Source: an uncultured Planctomycetaceae bacterium
GTDB lineage: Bacteria > Planctomycetota > Phycisphaerae > Phycisphaerales > Zrk34
Length of the DNA stretch: 39,581 nucleotides
Reading direction: 5' to 3'
Assembly: GCA_964595475.1 (NCBI GenBank)
Contig: CAZQQP010000001.1
Coordinates: forward strand, 9,569-49,149
A program made the position numbers and the translations under genes. Below are positions 22,953 through 32,089 of the stretch, one piece after another; the stretch's first letter is position 1, and the number at the start of each line of letters is the position of its first letter. The notes below the pieces were generated by a model, which saw only the letters and a program-made list of their open reading frames with translations, made no database searches and was not told the DNA's origin.

Positions 22953-24446
22953 ATGCCTCGCCTCTTTCTTCCGCTCGCGGCCGCGACGACGGTGCTGCTG
23001 GCGGGCGCCGCGAAAGCGGAGGACCATTGGCTCATCGTGGGAGGCGGCCCCACTGCCGCGAACAGCCAACTCTCCCTCGAGAGCAACGTGCAGTTCGTCC
23101 AACGCCTGCTCGGCCGGACCAAGCCCGCCCCGGCGAAGGTGGATGTCTACTTCGCGGCGGGCCGAAACGGGGCGCGGGACGTGCAGTACCGGCCCGAGGA
23201 CGGGGCGAGCCGATTCGACGCCCACCGACTCCTCGCCCGGCTCGAGGGCGAAGGAGAAGGTCTCGCGTTGCGCTACCGACAGAACCGGATCTCCGACGTC
23301 GACGGGCCCGCCACGGCCGGTCGGGTGCAGCGGTGGTTCGCGACCACGGGTGCCCTCCTCCAACCCGAGGACCGGCTGTTCTTGTACTTCACGGGTCACG
23401 GGGCGTCCGGCGGTGACGAGCAACCGAAAAACACCGAGATCTATTTCTGGCGGAACCAGCGGATGTCCGTCCGTCGGTTCACGCAGCGGCTCGACAAGAT
23501 CCACCCGGACGTCCCCGTGGTGCTCGTGATGGTCCAGTGCTACAGCGGGGGCTTCGCCAACGTCATCTTCGAGGGCGGCGATCCGAAGGCGGCCCTCGCG
23601 GACGCCAACCGGGCCGGCTTCTTCTCTACGGTCCACGATCGACCGGCCGCCGGGTGCACGCCGGCGCTCAAGAAGAAGGGTTACCAGGAGTACAGCGGCG
23701 TGTTCTGGGCGGCCCTCTCCGGCCGGACCCGAGCGAAGGAAGAGATCGACCAGCCGGACCCCAGCGGCGATGGGACCACGAGCCTCGCGGAGGCCCACGC
23801 CTACGCTCAGCTCCGGGCGGACACCATCGACATCGGCGTCCGGACGTCGGGCGCGCTTCTCCGCCGATACAGCCGCCTGAGCGGCGGCGGCGAGGGGGGC
23901 CTCTCCCGGCGCTCGCCGTACAGAGCGTTGGCCCGGGCCGCTACCCCGGCGCAGAAGGCGATCCTCGACGGCCTTTCGGAGCAGCTCGAGCTCGCCCGCA
24001 CGCGCCGCCTCGCCGAGGCGAAGGAGCAGGCGAAGACCCTCGAGGCGCGCCGGCGGCGGATCCAGGAGAAGCGAAATAACAAGGCCAAGCGGGCACGGCG
24101 CCTTCGGTCGACCATCCGAGCGGACCTCCACCGCAAGTGGCCCGAGCTCAACCACGGCTTTCATCCGCGGATCACCGAGCTGCTGTCCGCGAGCCCGGAG
24201 AAGGTGGTCCGGGCGATCACGAACCACGAGAAGTTTCGCGACTGGCAGTCGGTTCGCCGGCGGCTCGACCGGCTCGACCAGCGGGACCGAGCGCTGGAAC
24301 GGGAGTGGGCGAAGGCGAAGCGATTCATCCGGGTGGCGGAGAACGTGATCCTCCGGGCCAACCTCGGAGCCGTCGCGTCCGAGGAGGTGCGCAAGCGCTT
24401 CGAGGAGCTTCTCGCGGCCGAGCGTACCACGCTCGCCGGTTCGTAG
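22953..24446 (+). CDS. Secreted clan-CD cysteine-peptidase-like protein (legumain C13 / caspase-like) with helical C-terminal half
   Basis: ATG 22953 has GGAG 8 nt upstream. Signal: MPRLFLPLAAATTVLLAGAAKA. HWLIVGGGPTAANSQLSLESNVQFV is followed by RLFLYFTGHGASGG (His-Gly) and VVLVMVQCYSGGFANV (Cys), in the order and context of the C13/C14 catalytic dyad. The C-terminal ~200 aa are Arg/Lys/Glu-rich and helical. Confidence 0.7.
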   Translation: MPRLFLPLAAATTVLLAGAAKAEDHWLIVGGGPTAANSQLSLESNVQFVQRLLGRTKPAPAKVDVYFAAGRNGARDVQYRPEDGASRFDAHRLLARLEGEGEGLALRYRQNRISDVDGPATAGRVQRWFATTGALLQPEDRLFLYFTGHGASGGDEQPKNTEIYFWRNQRMSVRRFTQRLDKIHPDVPVVLVMVQCYSGGFANVIFEGGDPKAALADANRAGFFSTVHDRPAAGCTPALKKKGYQEYSGVFWAALSGRTRAKEEIDQPDPSGDGTTSLAEAHAYAQLRADTIDIGVRTSGALLRRYSRLSGGGEGGLSRRSPYRALARAATPAQKAILDGLSEQLELARTRRLAEAKEQAKTLEARRRRIQEKRNNKAKRARRLRSTIRADLHRKWPELNHGFHPRITELLSASPEKVVRAITNHEKFRDWQSVRRRLDRLDQRDRALEREWAKAKRFIRVAENVILRANLGAVASEEVRKRFEELLAAERTTLAGS

Positions 24447-24476
24447 CCGACGGCCTCACCTCTCATGGAGCAGCCC

Positions 24477-25583
24477 ATGCGAACCTTGGTCGCGATCGGT
24501 CTCGTCGGCGCTCTCGCTTGGCCCGTCGCCGCGGCGGATGGCAAGGCGCCGCCGGGACGGCAGACCTATAAGGGCCGGAAGATCGCCCCCACCATGGGCG
24601 CCGCCGCCGCATCGTGGCTCACCCGCCCCGAGCGGGCGGAGGAGGAGAACACGCCTCGCCTCATGGAGGCCCTCGGCCTTGAGCGGGGCGACGTGGTCTG
24701 CGACATCGGCTGTGGCAACGGCTACTTCACGCTGCGGCTGGCCCGACGGGTGGGGCCGGAGGGCAAGGTGTACGCGGTGGACATCCAGCAGAAGATGCTC
24801 GCCCTCCTGAAAAAGCGGGCCGAGAAGGCCGGCCTCGACAACATCGAGCCCGTCCTCGGGCGGCCCCACGATCCGAAGCTGCCGAAGCGCTCCCTCGACC
24901 TTGTCCTGCTCGTCGACGTCTATCACGAGTTCACCCATCCCGAGCACATGCTCGAGGGCATCCGCCGCAGCTTGAAGCGCGACGGGAAGATGGTCCTCGT
25001 CGAGTACCGCGCCGAGGACCCCGATGTCCCGATCAAGCCGCTTCACAAGATGACGGCCGAGCAGATGCTGAAGGAGATCCCTCCCAACGGCTACCGCCTC
25101 ACCCGTCGGTTCGAGGAGCTCCCCTGGCAACACGTCATGTTCTTCGAGCGGGACGACATCCTCGGCGAGGCCAAGGGTGAGCTCGTCGCGGACGGCGCTC
25201 GCCCCGTCGCCGTCGAGGACGCGCCGTTTCCGTCGCCCGGCGACGACGGAGCGGCCGTCGCGGCGACGTCGGACCGTCTGTACGTCAGCGACGCGTCGGC
25301 GGGGAAAACGTACGCCTACGCCATCGGTGAAGACGGCGCCCTCGGAGACCGGGAGACCTTCGCGTCGATCGGCGCCGCCGCCGTCGAGGTGGACCGAGGC
25401 GGGCGGGTGTACCTCGCCGTCGGACGTCGGGTCGTGGTGCTCGATCCGAAGGGGCGAAAGCTGATGACGGTGGAGCGGCCCGAGCCCCTCACCGGTCTCA
25501 CCTTCGGCGGGCCCGACGGCCGGACGCTCTTCATGAAGGCACGGGGAGGGCTCTACCGACTGTCCATGAAGACCCGCGGATGA
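24477..25583 (+). CDS. Signal-peptide-bearing class I SAM methyltransferase fused to a partial SMP-30/gluconolactonase-like beta-propeller
   Basis: ATG 24477 has GGAG 6 nt upstream; ATG 24465 is also possible. Signal: MRTLVAIGLVGALAWPVAAADG. Methyltransferase motif I is VVCDIGCGNGYFTLRLA, followed by MVLVEY. The C-terminal ~130 aa end in LTGLTFGGPDGRTLFMKARGGLYRL, a typical last SGL blade. Confidence 0.8.
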   Translation: MRTLVAIGLVGALAWPVAAADGKAPPGRQTYKGRKIAPTMGAAAASWLTRPERAEEENTPRLMEALGLERGDVVCDIGCGNGYFTLRLARRVGPEGKVYAVDIQQKMLALLKKRAEKAGLDNIEPVLGRPHDPKLPKRSLDLVLLVDVYHEFTHPEHMLEGIRRSLKRDGKMVLVEYRAEDPDVPIKPLHKMTAEQMLKEIPPNGYRLTRRFEELPWQHVMFFERDDILGEAKGELVADGARPVAVEDAPFPSPGDDGAAVAATSDRLYVSDASAGKTYAYAIGEDGALGDRETFASIGAAAVEVDRGGRVYLAVGRRVVVLDPKGRKLMTVERPEPLTGLTFGGPDGRTLFMKARGGLYRLSMKTRG

Positions 25584-26218
25584 GCGCCCAGGTCACCCGC
25601 GTCAAGCCGGACCGACGCGATCCTCAGCGGTGCCACGTCTACGTCGGCGAGCGAGCCGTGGCGAAGCTTCCCCGCGAGCAACTCGCCGTCCTCGGCATCG
25701 GGGAAGGAACCCCGTGGACGGAGGAGGTCGCCAACCAGGTCCACGACGCGGCCGTCCGCCACGAGGCCCACCGACAGGCGATCCGGCTCGTCGAGCGCCG
25801 CATGATCGGCACGGAAGAGCTTGCGGACCGCCTCCGCCGCCGCGGCTTCGACGCCAAGGTCGCCCGCGAGACGGTCGACCATCTCCAGGCCCACCACCTC
25901 CTCGACGACGTCGCCTACGGCCGTGCCCTCATCGAGGCGGAGCGAGCGAGACGCCCCACCGGCGCCGCCCGCCTCCGGCAGAAGCTCATCCAGAAGCGTC
26001 TGCCGCCGGAACTGGTGGACCGCCTCGTGGACGAGGCGGACGCGGGCTACGACGCCGTCCACGAGGCCCGGGAGCTCGCCCGGGCCCGCCTGCGGACCAC
26101 GGCCATGCAGCGGGCCGACACGCCCACCCGCACACGGCGGCTCTGGGGCCTTCTCACCCGGCGCGGCTTCGACGCCGAGACCATCCGCGCCGCCCTCGAC
26201 GACGTCGAGGAGGGGTGA
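25580..26218 (+). CDS. recX: RecA regulator RecX
   Basis: ATG 25580 overlaps the upstream stop (ATGA). Helical repeats: ELADRLRRRGFDAKVARETVDHLQAHHLLDDVAYGRALI, LRQKLIQKRLPPELVDRLV, RLWGLLTRRGFDAETIRAAL. Confidence 0.85.
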   Translation: MSAQVTRVKPDRRDPQRCHVYVGERAVAKLPREQLAVLGIGEGTPWTEEVANQVHDAAVRHEAHRQAIRLVERRMIGTEELADRLRRRGFDAKVARETVDHLQAHHLLDDVAYGRALIEAERARRPTGAARLRQKLIQKRLPPELVDRLVDEADAGYDAVHEARELARARLRTTAMQRADTPTRTRRLWGLLTRRGFDAETIRAALDDVEEG

Positions 26219-26228
26219 CGCGGGAGGG

Positions 26229-26927
26229 TCATCGCCCGTCGTCTCCGTACCAGAGCTCGAGTCCCTCCCGCCGCCGCACCGCGCGACCGCCGGTGAACAG
26301 CCAGCGAAGGGCGACCTTGAAGTGGGCTCGCAGCGGATACCGCCGCAGCTTCCGATCGGACGTGTAAACCGGGTCGCTCAGGATGGCGAACCTCCCGACC
26401 CGCTTCAGCGCCCTCGACAGCGCGACCTCCTCCCCGGCGAACACACCCTGGTCGAAGCCGCCCACCGCTTCGAAGACCTCGCGACGGGCGAACAAGAAGC
26501 AGCCCGCGGCCCAACCCGTCGTTCGCGACGTGAAATGCCAGGTGCGGATGACCGCACGGACGCGAGGCGGGACGGGCTCGCTGAAGACCGGAAGGGCACC
26601 GCCGCCGACGGCTCCCGCGGCGACGGCGTCGCGGGCGTGGGCGAGGGTCGTCGCGGGAACGACCGTGTCAGCGTCCACGAAGACGAGCAGGTCGCCCTGG
26701 GCCTCGTGAGCGCCGGTGTTCCGAGCCCGAGCGATCTGCCGATGGTGGACCGAGATCACCCGAGCCCCGTGGCGGGAAGCGAGAGCCGCTGTCGCGTCGG
26801 TCGACCCGTCGTCCACCACGATGCGCTCGTAGCCGCCGCCGACGGCGCCGGCCGCTTCCCGCATCGCATCGAGCGTCCGCCCGATCAGGTCCTCTTCGTT
26901 GTGGGCCGGCACGATGAAGCTGATCAT
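26229..26927 (-). CDS. Family 2 glycosyltransferase (232 aa)
   Basis: ATG 26927 (MISFIVPAHNEEDLIGRTL...). GT-A motifs are VVDDGSTDAT and VFVDADT. The ORF-track extension to 27071 is unsupported. Confidence 0.85.
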   Translation of the reverse strand: MISFIVPAHNEEDLIGRTLDAMREAAGAVGGGYERIVVDDGSTDATAALASRHGARVISVHHRQIARARNTGAHEAQGDLLVFVDADTVVPATTLAHARDAVAAGAVGGGALPVFSEPVPPRVRAVIRTWHFTSRTTGWAAGCFLFARREVFEAVGGFDQGVFAGEEVALSRALKRVGRFAILSDPVYTSDRKLRRYPLRAHFKVALRWLFTGGRAVRRREGLELWYGDDGR

Positions 26928-27115
26928 GGGAGCTGCGCGTTCCCGTCCGAAGGGAAACCACCCACCGATCGCGGGCGTTCGCGGGGTACCCTGCGAGAAC
27001 GGCCACCGACCCTCCCACCGAGGGCGGCCACGCGGAGGGTGGGCGACCCTGTTACGCGGAAACGATAGCACCGGCGGGACAGCTTTCCCCGGTGCACCCG
27101 GCTATCCTTGGGTGG

Positions 27116-27484
27116 ATGGACCGGCTGTTCGCCCTCCTCGCGTCCGTATCGGCCCTGTTGGCGGTCGCCGCCGACGCCTTCGCCGCTCACGCGCTCGAGC
27201 AGCGGTTGAGCCCCACCGCGCTGCAGACGTTCGAGACGGGGGCGAAGCACCAGATGTACCACGCGCTGGCGTTGTTCGCGGTGGCGTGGGCGTGCAGTCG
27301 CTTCGGCGGCACGCTTCCTCCCGCGGCGGGCTGGTTCTTCGTCGCCGGAACCGTTCTCTTCTCCGGCAGCCTCTACGCCCTGGCCCTTACCGGCCGGAGC
27401 GGGCTCGGCGTCATCACCCCCTTCGGCGGCACGGCCTTCCTCGTCGGCTGGGTCCTTCTCGCCGTGGCGGCGGCCCGCGGGTGA
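27116..27484 (+). CDS. DUF423 (YgdD-like) small membrane protein
   Basis: ATG 27116 (MDRLFALLASVSALLAVAADAFAAHAL...). Four hydrophobic helices with the family pattern AAHAL...HQMYHALAL...GTVLFSGSLY...TPFGGTAFLVGW. Confidence 0.8.
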   Translation: MDRLFALLASVSALLAVAADAFAAHALEQRLSPTALQTFETGAKHQMYHALALFAVAWACSRFGGTLPPAAGWFFVAGTVLFSGSLYALALTGRSGLGVITPFGGTAFLVGWVLLAVAAARG

Positions 27485-27490
27485 TCCTCC

Positions 27491-28228
27491 ATGGCCACGA
27501 AGACCTCGGCTGTGTGCATCCGGCTGATGGACTGGTCGGAGACCAGCCAGATCGCGGTGCTGCTCACGGAGGCCGAGGGAAAAGTGCCGGCCGTGGCGAA
27601 GGGCGCCAAGCGGCGCTATCCGTCCGCCATGGCCCGGTACAGCGGCGGGCTGGACGTGCTCACCGCGGGCGAAGCGGTCCTCCGGCTGAAGCCGCCCGAC
27701 CGCCTGAGCAACCTGCTGGAGTGGGACCTCACGGACGCCCACTGGCACCTCCGTCGCCACCTCCGTGCCCACCGGCTGGCGATGTACGGAGCGGACCTCC
27801 TCCACCACCTGCTCACCGACCGTGAGCCCCACCCGCGGATCTATCGCGCCTTCCGGACCTATCTCTCCCGAGCGGCCTCGGCCGTCACGCTGCTTCGCTT
27901 CCAGTGGGCGGTGGCGGCGGAGGGTGGCTACCGACCCGTAGTGGAGCGGGACGCCGAGACAGGGATGGCCCTTCCCGGCGAGGCGCCCACGGTCGCGTTC
28001 AGCCCGAGCCTCGGGGGCCTCGTCGCGGACACGGGTGCCGGCGATCGCTGGCGGGTCCGCTGGGGGACGGCGGAAGCGCTTCGACGCGTCGCGACGGAGG
28101 AGCCGCTGGAGGCCCTCGACGAGGCCTCCGTCGGGCGGGCCAATCGCCTTCTGGCCACCTTCTTCGAGACGATCGCCGAGCGGCGGCTGCCCACCCGCCG
28201 CTACGTTACGGAGGAGATGCCGGGCTAA
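27491..28228 (+). CDS. recO: DNA repair protein RecO
   Basis: The N-terminal OB-fold pattern is AVCIRLMDWSETSQIAVLLTEAEGKVPAVAKGAKR, followed by a helical region (LAMYGADLLHHLL). Length is 245 aa. Confidence 0.85.
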   Translation: MATKTSAVCIRLMDWSETSQIAVLLTEAEGKVPAVAKGAKRRYPSAMARYSGGLDVLTAGEAVLRLKPPDRLSNLLEWDLTDAHWHLRRHLRAHRLAMYGADLLHHLLTDREPHPRIYRAFRTYLSRAASAVTLLRFQWAVAAEGGYRPVVERDAETGMALPGEAPTVAFSPSLGGLVADTGAGDRWRVRWGTAEALRRVATEEPLEALDEASVGRANRLLATFFETIAERRLPTRRYVTEEMPG

Positions 28229-28381
28229 GAACGCATGGGAGGACCGCTTCTGGCTTCGCCCGGCCGCGGCGGGTGGTCCCGTCGGGAGACACGCATCGCC
28301 TGCGGCAGCCTCCTGGTCAGCCGCGGCTCGCGACGGCTCGGGCCGACGCATCGGTTCTCGCCCACGTCCTAAGGCGTGTGG

Positions 28382-28963
28382 CTACAGCACGCCCTTGGTC
28401 GACGGGATCGCGTCGTCGCCGCGGCGGACGGCCTCCCGTACGGACCGGCCGAGCGCCTTGAAAATCGCCTCGGCCATGTGGTGGTCGTTGCTCCCGCGGG
28501 GCACCTCCACGTGACAGGCGAACCGCCCGTGCGTGGTCACGGCGCGAAGAAACTCCTCGACGAGCTGGGTCTGGAAGGCGCCGATGCGCTCGGCGTGGAA
28601 CGGCGGGTCGAAGCCGAGGGCGGGGCGGCCGGAGAGGTCCACGCTCACCCGAGCGAGCGCCTCGTCCATGGGGATCGACGCGAAGCCGAACCGCTCGATG
28701 CCCGTCTTGTCTCCGAGGGCGTCCTCCAGAGCTTGGCCGAGGCCGATTCCCACGTCCTCCACGGTGTGGTGGTCGTCGACGTGTTGGTCGCCCGTGGCGG
28801 AGAGCTGCAGCCCCAGGCGACCGTGTCGAGCGAAGTGCTCGAGCATGTGGTCGAGAAACCCCACGCCGGTGTGGATCTCGGCGGGCCCGCCGTCGAGGGC
28901 GATGTTCACGGTCACGTGGGTCTCCGCGGTCCGTCGGTCCACTCGGCCCGTTCGCTCCGCCAT
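28382..28963 (-). CDS. hisB: Imidazoleglycerol-phosphate dehydratase
   Basis: ATG 28963 (MAERTGRVDRRTAET...). Motifs: GVGFLDHMLEHFARHG, DDHHTVEDVGIGLGQAL, NDHHMAEAIFKALGR. Confidence 0.95.
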   Translation of the reverse strand: MAERTGRVDRRTAETHVTVNIALDGGPAEIHTGVGFLDHMLEHFARHGRLGLQLSATGDQHVDDHHTVEDVGIGLGQALEDALGDKTGIERFGFASIPMDEALARVSVDLSGRPALGFDPPFHAERIGAFQTQLVEEFLRAVTTHGRFACHVEVPRGSNDHHMAEAIFKALGRSVREAVRRGDDAIPSTKGVL

Positions 28964-29019
28964 GCGCCCTGCCTCCGCGTCCGCATCTCCTCGCGAGGCG
29001 TCGCCCCGCGTCCCGCGGC

Positions 29020-30159
29020 TCACGCCCGCGGGTCGGGCCGCTCGGCCGCCAAGTCCCGCAGCGCCGCGAGCAGCGCGTCGTTTTCCTCTTGTCGCCCCAC
29101 CGTGATCCGCAGCTTGTCCCGGAGGCGCGGCTGATCGAAGTGCCGGACGAGCACGCCACGCGCTTTGAGCGCCTCCTGGACCGCCGCCGCGGGACCGAGC
29201 TCCTCGGGCACGTGAGCGAGGAGGAAGTTCGCCTCGCTCGCCGGCGACTCCAGCCCGAGATCCGCCAGCGCCTCCCGCAGACGCCGCCGCTCCTTCCGGA
29301 CGGCCTCCCACGTCCGCGCCGCCTCGTCCCGCGCCCGAAGCGCCGCCGTCGCGAGCGTCTGGGCGATCGCGTCCGTGTTGTAGCTGTCCTGGGTCTTGGT
29401 CGCCATCGGCTCGATCAGGCTCGCCGGGCCGAGGCCGTAGCCGAATCGAAGGCCCGCGAGCGAATAGCCCTTGCTCATCGACCGCAGGAGCACCACGTTG
29501 TCGAGGTCCCGGACGAGGCGGAGCGGGTCGTAGCCCACGCCCGGGTCGACGAAGTCGACGTAGGCCTCGTCCACCACGAGCACGCCGTTGAGCCGCGTCG
29601 CGATCGACGCGAGCCGCTCGACGCCGAGCAGGCGTCCCGACGGCGCGTGCGGGTTCACGAGAAAGGTGAGCGCGACGCCCGTCTTGTTCATTCGCTCGGC
29701 GAGATCCTCCGGCGGTGCCCAATCCGCTTCGAGGGGAACCCGATGCACGGAGCTCCCGTGGATCGCCGCGAGAACGGGATACAAGGAGTAGCTCGGCTCC
29801 GCGATCCCGACGGGGTCGCCGGGCTCCACGAAGGTCGTCACCGCGAGGCGGAGAAGCTCGTCGCCGCCGTTGGTGGCGAGGACGTTCTCCGGCCCCACGC
29901 CGTGGGCCTCCGCGGCGGCCTCGCGGAACCCCTTCGCGTCCGGCGGCGGGTATTTCCTCAGCTGCTCGGGCTCGACCGAGGAGAGAGCGTCGTGCACGGC
30001 ACGCGGCGGCGGGAACGGGTTCTCGTTCGTATTCAGCTTCACCACGCCGGCGGACGACGGCTGCTCCCCCGGCACGTATCCGGTCATCGCCGCGATGTTG
30101 GACCGCTCGTACCGCACGGGTGAGCTCCAGCTCTCCGCGGACACGTTCCGCCGGGTCAC
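29020..30159 (-). CDS. hisC: Histidinol-phosphate aminotransferase
   Basis: Start is either GTG 30159 (a GTGA overlap with the hisD stop) or GTG 30144. Motifs: YVPGEQP, KLNTNENPFPPP, VVDEAYVDF, and SMSKGYSLAGLRFGY (PLP lysine). Confidence 0.9.
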   Translation of the reverse strand: MTRRNVSAESWSSPVRYERSNIAAMTGYVPGEQPSSAGVVKLNTNENPFPPPRAVHDALSSVEPEQLRKYPPPDAKGFREAAAEAHGVGPENVLATNGGDELLRLAVTTFVEPGDPVGIAEPSYSLYPVLAAIHGSSVHRVPLEADWAPPEDLAERMNKTGVALTFLVNPHAPSGRLLGVERLASIATRLNGVLVVDEAYVDFVDPGVGYDPLRLVRDLDNVVLLRSMSKGYSLAGLRFGYGLGPASLIEPMATKTQDSYNTDAIAQTLATAALRARDEAARTWEAVRKERRRLREALADLGLESPASEANFLLAHVPEELGPAAAVQEALKARGVLVRHFDQPRLRDKLRITVGRQEENDALLAALRDLAAERPDPRA

Positions 30160-31505
30160 GCGTCGTGGCCCCGTCGCAGCCGGGCCGCGTGGGCGTGGGC
30201 CTCGAGGCCCTCCGCCTCCGCGAGCGTCGCGATCGCCCTCGCCGTCGCGTCGTCGAGGCCGTCGGGGTATCGCTCCACGCTCGATTGCTTCAGGAAGGTG
30301 TGGGCGCTGAGCCCCGAGCACCACCGCGCCGTCGTTCCCGTGGGCAGACAGTGGCTCGGCCCCGCCTGGTAGTCCCCCGACGCCACGGGCGTCTGCTCGC
30401 CGAGAAACCACGCCCCCCCGTGCCGCACCTGGCCGAGGGTCTTCTCCGGCTCCGCCACCGCGAGAAGCACGTGCTCCGCGGCGATCCGGTCGACCAGCGT
30501 GGCCGCCGCCTCGTCGTCGGGCACGACGAAGGCGGCCGACCAATCGCGGAGGGCCGCTTGGATCGCGTCCCGTCGCTTCCGGTCGGGTAGCTGCCTCTGC
30601 ACTTCCTCCGTGACCCGCTCGGCCACTTCCCGCCGCGTCGTCACCAGGAAGCCGCACCCGGGGTCGTGCTCGGCCTGGGCGAGGAGCTCCGCCGCGACCC
30701 GACGCGGCTCCGCCGTCTCATCGGCGACCACGAGGACCTCGCTCGGCCCGAAGAGGCCGTCGATTCCGACCCGGCCGAACACCTGCTTCTTGGCCTCCTG
30801 GACGTAGGGATTGCCCGGTCCCGCCACCATGTCGACCGCCGGGACGCTCTCCGTGCCGTAAGCCAACGCCGCGATCGCTTGGGCGCCGCCGATGCGGTAG
30901 ACCTCCTCCACGCCGAGGCGATGGCAGGCGGCGAGGACCAGCGGCGAGATCTCCACTTCCCCCTCCTGTCGGTTCGGCGGGGGGCTCACCACGCACGGAC
31001 GGGGGACGCCGGCCACCTCCGCGGGAACGGCGAGCATGAGCGCGGTCGACGGATAAGCGGCCTGGCCGCCGGGCACGTGGAGGCCGGCGGCGTCCACGGG
31101 ACGGTGGCGAAGGCCCAACTCGGCTCGGCCGATCGTCACGGGTGGCGGGTCCGCCGGGCGGGTATGTCTCTGATACGCCCGGATGTGCTCGATCGCCGAG
31201 TCGAACGCGTCCCGTACCGCGGGGTCGAGCTCCCGGTCGGCCGCCGCGAGCCGCTCCGCGGGCACGCGGATGTGCTCGGGGGAGAATCGCGGATCGGACC
31301 ACTGCCGCATGGCGCGGGCCACGGCGTCGTCGCCCTCGCTCCGCACCGCATCGATCACGTCGGCGACGGTCTCGGCGACCGCCCGCGTGCCGGTGGCCTC
31401 GCCTCGGAGACGCTCGATCAGCGTCTCGGTCCGCTCCCTCTCGCGCGGAGACTCCTGGTCCAGGATCGTCAGGCTCACGGGTCCGCTCCGATGGAAATGG
31501 CCCAT
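30156..31505 (-). CDS. hisD: Histidinol dehydrogenase
   Basis: ATG 31505. Motifs: VPGGQAAYPSTALM, IGGAQAIAALAYGTES, GPGNPYVQEAKKQVFG, LAQAEHDP, GDYQAGPSHCLPT. Confidence 0.93.
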   Translation of the reverse strand: MGHFHRSGPVSLTILDQESPRERERTETLIERLRGEATGTRAVAETVADVIDAVRSEGDDAVARAMRQWSDPRFSPEHIRVPAERLAAADRELDPAVRDAFDSAIEHIRAYQRHTRPADPPPVTIGRAELGLRHRPVDAAGLHVPGGQAAYPSTALMLAVPAEVAGVPRPCVVSPPPNRQEGEVEISPLVLAACHRLGVEEVYRIGGAQAIAALAYGTESVPAVDMVAGPGNPYVQEAKKQVFGRVGIDGLFGPSEVLVVADETAEPRRVAAELLAQAEHDPGCGFLVTTRREVAERVTEEVQRQLPDRKRRDAIQAALRDWSAAFVVPDDEAAATLVDRIAAEHVLLAVAEPEKTLGQVRHGGAWFLGEQTPVASGDYQAGPSHCLPTGTTARWCSGLSAHTFLKQSSVERYPDGLDDATARAIATLAEAEGLEAHAHAARLRRGHDA

Positions 31506-31564
31506 GCTAGCGTCCGCCGCCACGGACCTTCTAGCGCCACGCCGGGGCCCCACGGCTCGCACCC

Positions 31565-31593
31565 TTGACCGCCATCCCGACGGAATCGATACT
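31565..31593 (+). promoter_or_regulatory. Candidate promoter for the HU/IHF-bioF pair
   Basis: TTGACC (31565-31570), 17-nt spacer, GATACT (31588-31593). This would give a ~150-nt leader. Motif match only. Confidence 0.35.
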
Positions 31594-31747
31594 AGCGGTC
31601 ACCGGGCGGGGTGCTTCCCGAGGCCACATCCTGGGGCGGCGATCGAGCGGACATCCCTCTCCGACAGGTGGGATCGTCCGGGGGGAGCATCTCCTGTGTT
31701 TCGCGGGAGGCACGAACGTCGGTCCGCCAACGACGAGGGGACAGGAC

Positions 31748-32089
31748 ATGCCCACGATCACGAAGAAAGAGCTGGTCGACCGGATCGCGGACGCCACGGG
31801 GGAGCGGCGCGTGGTCGTGAAGAACGTCGTCCAGAGCTTCCTCGACAACGTCGTCGTCGAGCTCGGCAAGGGCAATCGCCTCGAGTTCCGCGACTTCGGC
31901 GTCTTCGAGATCAAGCAGCGGTCGGAGCGGGTGGCCCAGAACCCGAAGACGCTCGACCGCGTCCACGTCCCGCCGAAACGGACCGTGAAATTCAAGCCCG
32001 GCCGGCTCATGAAGGAGGCTCTCTCCGGCGCCGACGTGTCCCTCGACGACGCGTCCGAGCCGTCCGACTCCGGGCGGTGGGACGAATGA
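31748..32089 (+). CDS. HU/IHF-family DNA-binding protein with acidic C-terminal tail
   Basis: ATG 31748 follows GAGGGGA. The sequence ITKKELVDRIADATG...FLDNVVVELGKGNRLEFRDFGVFEIKQRSERVAQNPKTLDRVHVPPKRTVKFKPGRLMKEAL is a clear HU/IHF fold. A 25-aa Asp/Ser/Glu-rich tail follows. Confidence 0.9.
   Translation: MPTITKKELVDRIADATGERRVVVKNVVQSFLDNVVVELGKGNRLEFRDFGVFEIKQRSERVAQNPKTLDRVHVPPKRTVKFKPGRLMKEALSGADVSLDDASEPSDSGRWDE

Noticed and set aside
22203-24227. A 674-aa minus-strand ORF across mraZ, the intergenic region and the clan-CD peptidase-like gene.
   Set aside because: It overlaps mraZ in another frame, crosses a promoter region and is antisense to a signal-peptide-bearing CDS. It has Arg/Pro-rich non-protein-like composition. 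The same reasoning applies to 1678-3087(-), 1185-2183(-), 6590-8662(+), 8669-10000(+), 19619-21664(-), 28376-29134(+), 35405-36466(+) and 36492-37724(+).
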